Assembly: GCA_030390025.1 (NCBI GenBank)
Contig: CM059429.1
Location: forward strand, 32,240,001-32,304,000
Length of the DNA stretch: 64,000 bases
DNA from: Squalus acanthias
Lineage: Eukaryota
Direction of reading: 5' to 3'
Position numbers and translations under genes: made by a program. Under the pieces are notes generated by a model. The model was given only the letters and a program-made list of their open reading frames with translations, ran no database searches and was not told where the DNA came from. Shown piece after piece: positions 1-13,725 of this stretch (its first letter is position 1; every line of letters begins with the position of its first letter).

Positions 1-523
1 GGTCAGAAATTTACAGTGAAATCAAAATGCAAAACACGATTTTAAAAATGTTTTAAATGTGCTCATTCCGCACAGGACTATTTTCTAAAAATATGCCTGT
101 CGATGTAATACTAAATTTGGTTAGTTTAAGTGTTATCTTAATAAAGATCCCTATTCCATTTCCAAATCTCATAGTGTTGACATACGTTCATGTTACTGGT
201 AATTAACTTTGGTAGTACATCTAAGGATTATGTAACTTTATAAGTATGCTACATTTTGTGGTTTACTGTTATTAAACTTTAATTCTCATAAAACTTCAGA
301 GTCCATAAACATCAGTCAAATTGAAGTTCATACATTTAAGAGTAAAATGAATTGTAATATATACTGAACTACAAATAAAACCCAATCAACTATAAAACAG
401 GTTTATATTACTCATTTTGTTCAAAACTATTAACATATTTTTGTGTTATTATACTGTATTAAAGTCAATAATGTAAACTTTTAAAATGTTCTTCGCCTCC
501 AATTTTCTCCCCTTCCTTCTTCA

Positions 524-890
524 GACACTTCAGTGCAGTACTGAGGGATTGCTGTACTACCGGAGGTGCTGTCTTTTGGATGAGACATTAAACTGAGGCT
601 CCATCTGCCCTTGCAGGTGGCCGTAAAAGATCCCATGGCACCATTCAAAGATGAGCATGTGTGTTCTCCAGTGTCCTGGCCAAAATTTATCCCTCAACCA
701 ACATAACCAAAGCAGATTAACTTGTCAATCATCGCCCTGCTGTTTGTGGGACCTTGCTGTGTGCAAATGGTTACTGCAGCTCCCTACATTACAACAGTGA
801 CTTCACTTCAAAAGCACTTAATTGGCTGTGAAGCTCTTTGGGACATCCTGGGGTCATGAAAGGTGCTATAGAAATTCAATTTCTTTCTTT
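524..890 (+). mobile_element. Deu-domain SINE (SacSINE1/AmnSINE-like), 5'-truncated
   Basis: Deu-core-like sequence (ggatgagacattaaactgagg...gtaaaagatcccatggcacc...gtgtcctggccaaaatttatccctcaaccaac) followed by an L2-type tail (aaaggtgctatagaaattcaatttctttcttt). A homologous 3' part lies inverted at 25137-25355. Confidence 0.75.
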
Positions 891-899
891 CCTTTTTTA

Positions 900-1150
900 T
901 CCTCACATGAAGGCACTGAAGGTACAGTACTACAGGCGCTGACCACCGTCTGGTACATCACCCAAGTGACCATTCTTCATGTGTAAGCATAGATGGGAAG
1001 CATCAGCAGGCTATTTGATGGGGGGCATCACAGCAAAGCCTGACCCTGTCTTCACCCGACATTTACGCACATGCCTTTTACAGCTGGAGGTCACTGAATA
1101 GCAATTAGAAAAGAGAACCCTGGGTGATTTGTTCCACTCCCCAACCTCAG
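900..1150. repeat. Old interspersed repeat, unclassified
   Basis: gggggcatcacagcaaagcctgaccctgtc...cagctggaggtcactgaat resembles 30720-30802 (gggggacatcacaaccaagcctgacactgtc...cagcagaggtcactggat). Confidence 0.5.
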
Positions 1151-2839
1151 GCACTAAGGTCACTACTGGAAAATTTATGATATTGTTAATTTATTTAAAT
1201 TTATTACTGTTAAATGCAACAAGATTGAGTAAAAATCCAAATGGCCAATTTTGTCCCAGTGACTCGTCTCACCAAGTTTCTCAGACAGTATCTAAGTGGA
1301 GAGTTTGGTCTTTAGTCATTAGTTGTTTCAAATAAAATGTGAGCAATTATTTGAAGGTGCAGCAGAGATGAACCACACCACTGAGTGCATTAAGGCACTT
1401 TAGTGGAGTTAAGTGTTTTGTTAGACAGCGATGTAATTTATTGAAGTACATGGACAAACTTTCTATGAACTTTTCTCACTATCTGGGTTTATGTCTGTTG
1501 AAAAGCAAAAAAGCTTTGCTATTCATGGCTTCAGGTGCTCCCTCATCTGGAGCAGATTGCTTGCAGCATGGTGGTGAACCTAAAGCATTATTTGGACCTT
1601 AATCCCCTCCAAACTGGAAGGAGAAGGATTTATAGGGATCAGCAAAGCTTTGGATTCTGATTCCCCAAATTCAGAATGAATCGAAACTGTCAGTACAGAA
1701 AAGAAACTCAACTAAAAAAGACAGCGATTTAAAAAAAAAATAGAAAAATGGGAAAAACAAGTACCATTAAAACCAATGAGAAGCTGCAGTATGACCAACC
1801 AGCTACCAGAGATCAGCAGTGAGCACCGCCAGGGAGTGGAGCATTCTGTACTTTATAAACCTGAAACAAGTGTAAGCAAAGTTTGTTAAACAGCTTGTGA
1901 AACAGATCATTGATTTTGGTTGCTGGAGGCGCGTTACCCTTAGATCACTAGGTCACAACCAAGACTTGCAGACAAAAACTCCAGATCACCACAGAGATTG
2001 AATACACATGTATATAGACCACCATGGCGATCAGGTGAACAAATGGCACTAGACCACCAGGAAGACTGGGTACAAACATACCCAGTGGATTGTTGGGGGG
2101 GATTGGATATTTGTGTAACACTGTTGCTCCCTTTCAGCTCCTAATATGAGAAGCTCACAATTAGGCATGGTGATGGTGCTTCCCTTTGGCTTGTTAGGGG
2201 GCAACATGACACCTTACACCATACATAGGCAGAAGGAGACAATGTGGTGTTGCACTTTGCAGCACAGATAAAGACAAACAAAATGGCAGCATTTATTTTG
2301 AGATTGGTGTGGCACTCTCTGTTAATCTATGAGCATCGATTTGTGCCATCTGAGTGACTTAAAAGTGCACCATCTGGAGCCTTCCTGAAGGCTCAGTGGG
2401 ACAATTTTTGCATAAGGTAGTCTGTTTACAAATGTAGAATTGACACTGGGTTGCCCTCACTCAGCACATCTCGCAGGCTGCTAGAAAAAGAATCCAACAG
2501 TCAGTGAACCTATAGACTGTTGGCAGGTCCAGGGAAATGATAGGCTCGCTGGACTGGTCAGTTTTTAAAGTTTTTAGCACTCATACTGTGATGTTGAAAC
2601 AAGTGTTAATGTTACAGCAATAAAGTTGTTCAAATTTCAGGAGTAGCTTTAGTATTACAATATTCAGGAAAATTATCCGGGTGCCATTTCTAGTGGCACT
2701 GGAGCAGAACAGACGCTGGGGGGAGGTGGTCAGATAATCAGGCAGAGATCGATCTCACTGGATCTGCATCCATTCCCTACCACCTACAGACTTTTAATTA
2801 GGTCTTGAGACAGGCTAAAGACAGATCTAGCACCCAAAA

Positions 2840-3080
2840 CTGGGCAATAACTACAACCCTGCCAGTGGTCACCCACATCCCAAGAACAACTTTAAAAAAA
2901 TTAAAATTCTTACCCTCATCCCTTCTTGTCTTTGCCCCACCCTATCTTTGCAATCTCTTTCAGCCCGCTATACCCTCCCAAACACACCATTCCTCAGTCT
3001 GGCCTTCTGCTTAGCCCTCTCCCTTCACCCCAGCATGGCAGGCTTTTCAGCCAACTCGGCCCTAGACTCTGGAACTCTGT
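2840..3080 (+). mobile_element. LINE remnants: CR1-clade 3' tail followed by an L2 ORF2 3' fragment
   Basis: gggcaataa...gccagtggtcacccacatcccaaga tail also seen at 23770-23830. The following segment resembles the reverse complement of the L2 at 7280-7460. Confidence 0.45.
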
Positions 3081-3220
3081 AAATATATCCAGGACATTTC
3101 TTTAGGTTAAAAGTGACTTGTTGTAATCCCTCTGGCTCAGCTGCATATCAGGCATTGCATTGCACTAAACCATTGAGATAAGAGTTACTTCCAACTTTGA
3201 AAACTTACAAATGGTTTATT

Positions 3221-3958
3221 GGGCAGGATTTTGCTCTCAGCGTGAATGAACGGCGCCAGCAGACTTTCTATGGGATTTTGCACTGGAATTTACTCTAATT
3301 AGAAAGCCATTTCAGCGCTGCACCCTCTACAGGGGCTCTGGGACCTGTGTTAACAGGGCAAGCAACTGTGTATCTCCTTAACCGATCAGATTGAAGAATC
3401 GTTGCTGAGCCGCGCAGAGTCTGAATTAGGAAGTGTAAGTTAGAATATTTAATTTAATGTCAAATCAGGTACAGAAAGTGAAATAAAGAAAGGTGGGATT
3501 GTGAGAGAGAGACAAAAGAGACACAGATAACGTTTTTTTTAAATAATTTAAAAAAAAATTTAAATCTCCAACAATAATTAAAATCTGAAGTAATGAGATT
3601 CCTCACTTGTAAAAGTTAATTTTCAGTACCAGAGAGGTTATTTGCAGTAATTAAGACTTATCACGCCATTAAAAATGTACTTACACTGGAATGGACAAGC
3701 CCTAACTTTTTCTGGTGAGTTTAGTGGGTATCTATCATGTAAGTACAGCAAGTTCACGCCCTTCTATGTGTTTCAATGCTGAGTCTCTTGGCGAGATACA
3801 GCGCTGCTTTTGGAGGAGCAAAGCAACTCGGACAGCAACTTCTTGATTTCTGCGTTTAATTGCACATGTGCGGTTGCTGGAGGTTGCTTTCCGATTTACA
3901 CTTTAATAATGGTGAGCGCTATTAGCCTCACCATTATTTCTACAGCAAAATCTAGCTC
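3221..3958. mobile_element. Non-autonomous DNA transposon (MITE) with 3-bp TSD
   Basis: Imperfect TIRs gggcaggattttgct / agcaaaatctagctc, ATT on both flanks, subterminal hairpin aataatggtgag...ctcaccattatt, AT-rich core. Confidence 0.65.
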
Positions 3959-5384
3959 ATTGAATGTTTACCAAACTGAATTTTAGTAAAAAGAAATTGA
4001 CTAGTCGTTTCCTTTCTTCAGACTGTTGAGCCATGATTATACTGTGCTGAGAACTGGTGTTAGAACCCTCCTTCAGTATATCAAACCTGTTCAGCCAGAT
4101 TAATGGTATTTCCCAGTTATACCCAATACACTCAATAGAGAAGCTCAATATTGAATTTTTGCTGGTTTTAAATGTATTGATGTACAACACATGTAGTATT
4201 TTACCTTTTTTTTGATTAAAATGTAAGTGACAACACCTGACAGCAGGTAAAGAAGGGATTGTTACAATGTGGGTTTGGGAGGCGAGTTTAAGCAGGACAG
4301 AGAATGTGCCAGGTGCCGATGAGCTGTTTCACTATTGCACTGCCAGGTTATATTGGCATTTGTCCAAATTGGTGCCATCGTGAATCCAACCCCAGAAGTC
4401 TGTTTATTTTTTCCGAGCTACAGTTTGGCACCTGTGATTCAGGTTGATTATACTGGATGTCAGAGGTCGTATTGAGGTCAGTTCAGCGCCAAACCAATCT
4501 CCATGTGTCATTTTAACCATGGTATTAGTCCCTTTGGAAACCAGCTTTAAATGGGTCTGTATGTGTGTGAAAAATACTGAAATGTAACCTGGGCAATGAA
4601 GCACTTTTAGTAAAGTTCAGTGGAGCCCCTGTGCTTTTTATGGTTGGATTTATTTGATTAACAATAAATCTTGTTGACTTGTGTTATCAGTACCAGTATG
4701 AACACTGTGAAGGCAATAACCCTACTTTTAGCTTCTGTAGTGTTTAGAGAGGTTCATTTTTTAAAAAATTTAAAGACATGCAAGTTATAAGTAAATTATG
4801 CCTCAATAGATTTACAGTGGCATTTATGTTTTTGTACTTTATTTCTTGCTATAACACTTAGCATTCGAAAAACAACCCTTCAAAAAAAACCTTCTCTATC
4901 AGTGTTCTCTTTGCGGGGCCAGTTTTGTAAGCATCACTGACTTTTCCAAGTGTATTTGTCGTGAGGACATGGCTGGGCAATTGAGCTGAGGGTAAAAGGG
5001 TTACTAGTCACTGGCTTTGATATCATCACTCTGTCTTATTGCTACTATCATTGGAACTTCTAACAGGTGTTCAATGTTTTTATTTTATTTGCATTTAAGT
5101 AAATGATAAAATAACTCTTTTATGGGGACAGAGTTGTGCCAATTGTGTCAATCATCGTCATGCCACTGCTATAGCTCACTTGGCTAGTGTGATACAGTTC
5201 TTTGGTCCTTTTATTGAATGTTCTTTATTATGTTAAAGGTGCTATATAAATACAAGTTGTTGTTATTCATCATTGCACCTGTCTTGGCCTCTCGGTGCCC
5301 AACTGTCCCCCTGTTATATTTGGCATTGGGTGCAGTTTATGTTGACCTATTACCATTACTACGACTGCTATCACCATTTGTGGA

Positions 5385-5645
5385 AGAGGTTACAGAGAAA
5401 GAGAAGGGCGTGGCCATTAAGGACAAGGATGAGAATTTTAAATTTCAGGTGCTGGGTAACTGGGAGCTCATGAAGGTCAGCAAGGACAGGGGTGCTAGGT
5501 GAGCAGGACTTGGTATGGGATAAGACAGGAGCAGCAGAGTTTTTGATGAGCTAAAGTTTATGGAGGGTTGCGAATGGTAGGTTGGCCTGGAGAGTATTAA
5601 GATAGTTAAGTCTGGAGGTGAGAGGCATAGATTTCAACATCAGAC
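5385..5645 (-). mobile_element. L2 LINE ORF2 fragment, degraded
   Basis: Clear similarity to 7412-7690 (gaggttacagaga...acaaggatgagaattttaaa...caggacttggt...gcagcagagtttt). Confidence 0.65.
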
Positions 5646-5725
5646 CCCAGTGTAAATTTGAATTCAAAGTTTAAATGTAGATTAGAAAAGTTTAGTGAAA
5701 CTCATGTGTAACATTGTTAGATACT

Positions 5726-6684
5726 GGGGTAGATACTGACTGTAGGCGGGTTTCAGGCGGCCAGCTGGCGGGACGGAAAGCCCGGTCCATTTTGAGGGCA
5801 AGGTCTGGTTAGCATGGGTTCGACAAGCTGCAGGCTGAAGACAAGCATCTCAGGACAGCCTGCCCAGGTTGTTTTTGTGGAGCTCCCATCGTACCAAAAA
5901 TAAATTACAACTTACCTGCTGGGCACCACTGAGGCTGGAGCACCAGCTGACACTTTGCAGTCTGTGCAAGGCAAAATGCTCTACCCAGTACCGTCCGAAA
6001 ATCGTTTTTGGGGTCCTATGTTCATCATATCCTGGGATGAAGGGGTTGATGTATGACGAAACGTTGAGCAGGTTGGGCCTATACTCATTGGAGTTTAGAA
6101 GAATGAGAGGTGATCTTTTTGAAACATACAAGATTCTGAGGGGGATTGACAGGGTAGATGCTGAGTGGATGTTTCCCCTCGTGGGGGAATCTAGAACGAG
6201 GGGGCATAGTTTCAGAATAAGGGGTCGCCCATTTAAGACGGAGATGAGGAGGAATTTCTTCTCTCAGAGGGTCGTGAATCTTTGGAATTCTCTACCCCAG
6301 AGAGCTGTGGAGGCGGAGTCATTGAATATATTCAAGGCGGAGATTGACAGACATTTGAACTACAAGGGAGTCAAGGGGTACAGGTAGAGAGCGGGAAAGT
6401 GGTGTTGAGGCCAAGATTGGATCAGCCATGATCTTATTGAATGGCGGAGCAGGCTCGAGGGGCCGATTGGCCTACTCCTGCTCCTGTTTCTTATGTTCTT
6501 ATGTTCATATTTGCATATTAAAAGGACCCACCACCTGACTCAGGCAGGTGCTCCAGCTGCCCAGCGTTGGGAAAGATAGAGACAGTTGCACCATTGGCGG
6601 GAATGAGGATGGAAGTCATACCCCATAATGTTCAGAGCGATACTTCCCTGTTTATGCTGGATGGAAGGCCTCAAAATCTCCCCC
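5726..6684. mobile_element. MITE interrupted by a CR1 insertion
   Basis: Ends ggggtagat... / ...aaaatctccccc with ACT on both flanks (5723-5725, 6685-6687). Confidence 0.55.
6031..6507 (+). mobile_element. CR1 LINE 3' fragment
   Basis: ORF2 C-terminus (LGLYSLEFRRMRGDL...VVNLWNSLP), 3' UTR hairpin ggagcagg...cctgctcc, (TTATGTTC)n tail, probable TSD catat. Confidence 0.9.
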
Positions 6685-7077
6685 ACTATTTCAGAAAATG
6701 TGCCTTTTTACAACAAATCACCTCATAGCCACTGTCAGGATCAAAAGAAGTCACAACAAATCACAGACACTGTAACCAGTAGCAACCTGTAACTTGGGGG
6801 CTAATACCAAGAAAAGAGGTTTAAAATTAAATACAAACTGTGGGTGTAATTACAGTCTGAACAAGCCCCAAGGAGAGATAATAAAACACAGCAAAAGAAT
6901 TCTAACAATAAATTTGATGTGTGAGATTTTACTTTTTGCTTTTGTTTTCAAAACATCCATTGCTCTTTACTGACAGTTTCAATCAGATTGGTTAGTGTTT
7001 ACAGGGTGCTGGCTTCCCACATTTACAATACTGAAATGAGTAACATTAACCCAATGGACCCATATTATTCTGAATCT

Positions 7078-8198
7078 ACAACAACAGCAACTTCTATTTA
7101 TATAGCATCTTTAATGTAGTAAAGCATCCCAAGGCGCTTCACAGGAGCGTTATCAAACCATATTTGATACCGAGCCACATAAGGAGATATTAGAGCAGAT
7201 GACCAAAAGCTTGGTTAAAGAGATAGGTTTTCAGGAGTGTTGTAAAGGAGGAAAGAGAGGTAGAGAGGTGGAGATGTTTAGGGAAGGAATCTAAGAGCTT
7301 AAGGGCTTGGCAGCTGAAGGCACGATAACCAATGTTGGAGCAATTAAAATCGGGGATGCTCAAGAGGCCAGAATTGGAGGAGCACAGATATCTGAGGGTT
7401 GTAGGGCTGGAGGAGGTTACAGAGATAGGTAGGGGCGAGGCCATGGAGGGATTTGAAAACAAGGATGAGAATTTTAAAATCGAGGCGTTGCTTAACCGGG
7501 AGCCAATGTAAGTCAGCGAGCACAGGGGTGATGGGGGAACAGGACTTGGTGCGAGTTAAGACATGGGCAGCAGAGTTTTGGATGACCTTGAGTTTTCGGA
7601 GGGTAGAATGTGGGAGGCAAAACAGGAGTGCGTTGGAATAGTCAAGTCTCGAGGTAACAAAGGCATGGCTGAGGGTTTCAGCAGCAGATGAGCTGAGGCA
7701 GGAGCGGAATCGGGCGATGTTACGGAGGTGGAAATAGGCGGTCTTAGTGATGATTTGGTATGTGGTTGGATGCTCATCTTGGGGTCAAATATGACGCCAA
7801 TGTTGCGAACAGTCTGGTTCAGCCTTGGACAGTTGCCAGGGAGAGAGATGGAGTCGGTGGCTAGGGAACGGAGTTTGTGGTGGGGACTGAAGATAATGGC
7901 TTTGGTCTTCCTGATATTTAGTTGGAGGAAATTTCTGCCCATCCAGTACTGAATGTCGGACAAGCAGTCAGACAATTTAGAGACAGTGGAGTTGTCGAGA
8001 GAAAAGGTGGTGAGGTAGAGCTGGGTGTCGTCAGCATTCATGTGGAAACTGACGCTGTATTTTCGGATGATGTCGCCAAGATTCGAAACAGGAGGAGGCC
8101 AAGGATAGATCCTTGGGGATACCAGAGGTAACGGTGCGGGAGCGGGAAGAGAAGCCATTGCAGGTGATTCTTTGGCTACGACTGGATAGATAAGAATG
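7078..8198 (-). mobile_element. L2 LINE 3' portion, degraded RT
   Basis: Minus-strand peptides SFHMNADDTQLYL (degenerate YADD), CLSDIQYWMGRNFLQLN and SFTTLLKTYLF; tail gctatataaatagaagttgctgttgttgt. Confidence 0.9.
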
Positions 8199-8309
8199 CA
8201 AATGAAATGAAATTGGTTTGTATGGATTCCAAAAAACAATTAACCTCCTGGATTTTGTCACTGCCATGTGCAAAGAAAAGCTATGGGATAATATTAAGGC
8301 CATTTAGAC

Positions 8310-8956
8310 CAGGGTTTCTCAACCTTTTTGCTTCTGAGGCCCCCCTCCTGTGTTATAAAAAATCCACGGACCCCCTGTAACACAAGACAAGTATTTTTTC
8401 TGTATAGAATTAGTTATACAACTAAACATATATATTTATTATTATTTTTGTTTTACTTAATTATCATGAAGTTGAGACCGAGGTTGGTAGAGTTCTACTT
8501 AAGTTAGTAGACTATCACTGAGGTTGATCGAGTTATACTGAAGTTAATACACAGTCACGAAGGTTGGTAAAGTGTCACTGGAGCCGATGGAGTGCTGATG
8601 AGACCGATGGTGTTGAGGGCCTTACCAGCTTTCGCTTCTCCCCTTGTCGGTTACTAACGAGCTGAGCGGAACACACCCGCTCAGACTGGACGCCATCTCC
8701 TTGGCAACACAGTGGACCAATGACCATGAGCCTCTGGAGCCAAGTGCCGGTTTCCGGCTCCTCATGATCTGTGTGGGGCCGGGGACTAAAGTGTTTCTGT
8801 GCTGGTGTTGATCGGTGACTTGTGGGTAGGAGGTGAAACTTTGTGCCCGGGATACTGTCACTTTCGGGGATCGGCATTACATCAACTTTAAATTGTCTGC
8901 GCGTTGGAGACAGGGAGCCACTGGTGGACCCCTTCAAACCTTCCCGCGGACCCCTG
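8310..8956. mobile_element. hAT (Charlie-like) non-autonomous element
   Basis: Starts cagggtttctcaacc and ends ggacccctg; 8-bp TSD atttagac / ctttagac; subterminal ggacccc repeats; internal degenerate 40-bp tandem repeat at ~8480-8580. Confidence 0.7.
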
Positions 8957-11639
8957 CTTTAGACAGTTCTGCGCTCCTTCACCCAGCACCCAAAATGGTG
9001 CTGCAGCTTCCAAACTGCAGCAGCTCAATATGCCACCAGCTGGAAATTAGAATGGCCAATCAGAAATTAGCTGGCAGTTTCAATTCTCAGCAAAATATTT
9101 GATGTCTGTGACACGACACCGGAGCAAAATGGAGTTTAGAAGCCGACAGGAACAAACTCATTTCACAGAATATGAATTGTTTATTTCAGTCAAATAGTTT
9201 TTAAAATATAAAGATGCCATTTTCAGAATGCAGCAACATTATCTACTCCAGAAGAATGGAATTATTCACAAATTATAATTTCAGAAAAAAGTGATTAAAA
9301 TGTCTAAAATTCGCTGAATCCCATGGGACTGCAAGAATGCATTAACAGCCTTCAAAGGTGGCAAGAAATATTTACTCAAGTACTCAAGTGACTAAAGCAC
9401 ACAGAAGAGGCTCAGTTCCACTGAAGAACGTTTTTGCATGGTTGGAGGAAACCATCTCAAAGCATTTCAAGTTAGTCCCTGAAGAGGAAACCTTAGTCTC
9501 AGAGTCCCAACAGACTGGTAAGTATAATTTTTTTCTCTCGTAAATAATCACCCAGGTACAATAACTATAATTGAAAACAGTGGGCATAATGCATACGTTA
9601 AGAAGTATAATAATAACAGATTGAAAAGTAATGAGAAAATAAGTAAATCAGTGATGAGAAAAGGCCACTTAGCCCATTAAAGCTCTTCCTTACAGTAACT
9701 AACACTTCCCTTATGGCATCTAATTTTATATTAATAGGAAAATGTATTGCACTTTTCAGAATGTAATTTTTAAATATTCAAGAGCTCCGTGAAATAAATT
9801 CTATCCTTTTTGTCTCCACAGAGAAGCTATTTTCGTCTAGCTCCATTGCATTCATCCAGAAAGTCATACCCAAAGTTCAGGACAGAAACAAGTCACAGGA
9901 AGTTGGGAAATCCACTGGTGAGAAGTCAACAGCCACTGCACAGTTGTTAACCCGGAAGGGAGTACATAATATGCTACCCGATGGCTGGAGTTGTGTTACC
10001 TGTCACCAGATCCACCCAGGATCTTCTCTGAGGTAACACAAACATGCAGGAGGGTCCAACACAGAACTTAAGGTAGCATATCAGCTGCAGAAGGCAACTG
10101 CTGACTTTTGGATCACAACTTCTCCCCTCACAATATCTCAGAGCCTTGTAGAGGAGGAATGCCTGCTTCAGCAGGCCATTGACAATCTCTCTGTCAGTGT
10201 GCAATCTGATAACACTCAGATGCACACTGACATGGTGAGACCAAACAGTATTATGCAATTGGAGTAGTAACAGTTTGTTCGAATAGACTGGTTCTTGTGT
10301 AGCAGTCTAGTGTGAAACCAGCCATGCTCCTTTGTATTGCACTAGGATATATCCATTGAAAGCTCTCAGTTTTCTGAAGGCATTTCTTCTGAGGTTAGTA
10401 TCTACCTACCTGTAGCTGAGATGGCTCCCTCCAATCCAAAATACCACACTGGGATGTATCTTTCAATGGACAGTCCTTCCAAAGCTCAACCGTCCGTTTC
10501 TGAAATCAGTAAATAAAAATAATCAAATATTAGTCCTTTAGTCATGTATGTACTACAGAAATTGATTTTACAATATTATTGTTTTTTCTTCACTGTTCAT
10601 CTTTGTGTAATGTGTGTGCTAAATTAGTACAGTATTGCAGACATTGTAGTTACTATTTTTGTGTATATGATTTAGTCATTTAAGGCTACTATTTTAGACA
10701 ATTAATTAGACATTACATTTATGCTCAATATTGATATTTTGCAGCCTGTAATATTTTCTAGCTGTTGAAGTAAAAGCCAATTATTTTTCTCATTTATGCA
10801 TTCAGTGTCATCTTTGCCCACTCGACACAGATCTTTCAGCCCCATTTTATAATTAGAGTTGATTCTTCAATATGTTGTCTGTTCACCATCCTGGATGTAA
10901 CCAGATTGTTCAGTCACATGTGACATTCTTTTGCTTTCCAGGTCCTCCTCTCATGCATATATTAATGTTGAGGGTGTTTTGGCTTGTGCCAGTTCAAACC
11001 GTGCTATTAGGCATATTTAACATGTTAGTATCAATACAGTATTTGAAAAATTGCACTCAAGTTAATATGTTTTAATGTTGTGCCAATTTATTTTTTTGAT
11101 GCTCTTAATTAATCATCAAACCCACTCCTTCCGCAGAGTTTCTATACTTTGCCCTCAAGATATTTAATCTGAATAACCAGATGTACAACTTTGAAAAAGA
11201 TAGAACTGTGAAATTTCTCACTAACCCAAAGTAATCTTAAGTGACTCAGAGATATCAAACATTACAATCTTCAGTCAATTTGACCAGTTGCATTCCACAA
11301 ATGACTATTTAATTGCCCCAGCAGCATACAGCTATCATGTTCTGTCAAGTACTTGATCATCTCAGTTTGTTCTTATCCTTATAACTTTTTATCCGATTCT
11401 TAACCTGATATTTAGCCAGCTCTTTTTTTTGAAGAGCCTAATTTTTCTATGGGGAATAACATTCTAATTTCTAATTTTCCTTGGGAAGTGTTAAGAAGGA
11501 AAGGCTAGGAGGAATGCTTTATGTGAAAAATAGCCCCCTCGTATCTTTAAAAAGTCTATATATAAAACAGTATTTACTACCTTCTATAGCATATTTTAAT
11601 TGTTACCAATTATTTTAGCCCCCATGGAGACCCACCATT

Positions 11640-13310
11640 ACATAAGATCATAAGAATTAGGAGCAGGAGTAGGCCATACAGCCCCTCGAGCCTGCTCTGC
11701 CATTCAATAAGATCATGGCTGATCTTCGACCTCAACTCCACTTTCCCGCCGAAAATCCATATCCCTTGATTCCCCTAGAGTCCAAAAATCTATCTATCTC
11801 AGCCTCAAATATACTCAACAACTCAGCATCCACAGCCCTTTGGGATAGAGAATTCCAAAGATTCACAACCCTCTGAGTGAAGAAGATCCTCCTCATTTCA
11901 GTCTTAAATGGCCGACCCCTTATCCTGAGACTATGCCCCCTAGTCCTAAACTTTCCAGACAGATGAAACAACCTCTCAGCATCTACCCTGTCAATCCCCA
12001 TCAGAATCTTATATGTTTCAATGAGATCACCTCTGATTCTTCTAAACTCCAGAGAGTACAGGCCCAATCTGCTCAATCTCTCCTCATAGGACAACCCTCT
12101 CATCCCAGGGATCAATCTAGTAAACCTTCGTTGCACCGCCTCCAAGGCAAATATGTCCTTCCTCAGATAAGGAGACCAAAACTGTGCACAGTACTCCTGG
12201 TGCGGTCTCACCTGTACAAAGCCCTGTACAATTGTAATAAGACTTCCTTATTCTTGTACTCCAACCCCCTTGCAATAAAGGCCAACATGCCATTTGCCTT
12301 CCTAATGGCTTGCTGTACCTGCATGCTAACTTTCTGTGTTTCCTGTACAAGGACATCTAAATCTCTCTAAACACCAACATTTAATAGTTTCTCACCATTT
12401 AAAAAATATTCTGTTTTTCTATTCTTCCGACCAAAGTGAATAACCTCACATTTCCCCACATTATACTCCATCTGCCATTTTATTGCCCACTCACTTAACC
12501 GGTTTATATTTCCTTTGCCGGCTCTTTGAGTCCTCACAGCTTACTTTCCCACCTAGCTTTGTATCGTCAGCAAACTTGGATACATTGCACTCAGTCCCTT
12601 CATCCAAGTCATCAATATAGATTGTAAATAGCTGAGGCCCAAGCACTGATCCTTGCGGCACCCCACTAGTTATAGCCTGCCAACCGGAAAATGACCCGTT
12701 TATCCCTACTCTCTGTTTTCTGTCCATTAACCAATCCTCTATCCATGCTAATATATTAACCCCAACCCCGTGAGCCCTAATCTTACTTAGCAACCTTTTA
12801 TGTGGCACCTTATTGATGCCTTTTGGAAATCCAAATATACTACCTCCACTGGTTCCCCTTTATCTTCCCTGTTAGTTACATCCTCAAAAAACTCTAATAA
12901 ATTTGTTAAACACGATTTTCCTTTCATAAAACCATGTTGACTTTGCCTATTCATATTATGATTTTTTAAGTGCCTTGCTACCAGTTTCTTAATAATGGAT
13001 TCCAGCATTTTCCCAATGACTGATGTCAAGCTAACTGGCCTGTAGTTCCCTGTTTTCTCTCTCCCTCCTTTCTTGAATAGCGGGGTTACTCTTACTACCT
13101 TCCAATTTGCTGGGACCATTCTAGAATCTAGGGAATTTTGGGAAGATCACAATCAATGCAGCTACCTCTTTTAGAACCCTAGGATGTAGGCCATCATGGG
13201 GATTTATCGACTTTTACTCCCATTAGTTTCTCAAGTAGCTTTTCTCTACTGATATTAATTACTTTAAGTTCCTCACTCTCATTCGCCCCTTGGTTCCTCA
13301 CTATTTTTGG
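11640..13310 (-). mobile_element. CR1 LINE, 5'-truncated, frameshifted ORF2
   Basis: ORF pieces [32 protein letters not shown] and YSLEFRR in different frames; 3' UTR hairpin and (TTATGATC)n tail near 11640-11700. Confidence 0.92.
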
Positions 13311-13725
13311 TATGCTTTGTGGATCTTCTCCAGTTAAAATGGTTGTGACACCTCCCCACACTCTTCGTCAGTGGTAAAAACCCTTTCTAATGTTGTAGCA
13401 AGACTTTTCATCTACACTAGGAAGCAAAGGTAACCAATCCGGTCTGGATTTCCAACTCATTCATAGTCAATGGTGAGGTAAAATGACTCAGAACTATTGA
13501 CTAGCATAATTTAGCTAGGATGATAATTAATCTCACATTCAGGCAAGTTTTTTAGAAGAGTGGTTTGAACAGACCTTTAATTTCCACATGTCTGAATTTA
13601 ATATAAACTTTAATTTTAATATTGAAAATAATTGGATATGAAAGAGACTTACAGCTGGGAGTTACATACATCTAAGTTGCATGGCAGAGTTTAACCTTTG
13701 TTTACTCAATTGAGGCTGGATTATA

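Noticed and set aside
8480-8580. CRISPR-like repeats
   Set aside because: Degenerate head-to-tail repeat without spacers, inside a hAT element in a eukaryotic genome.
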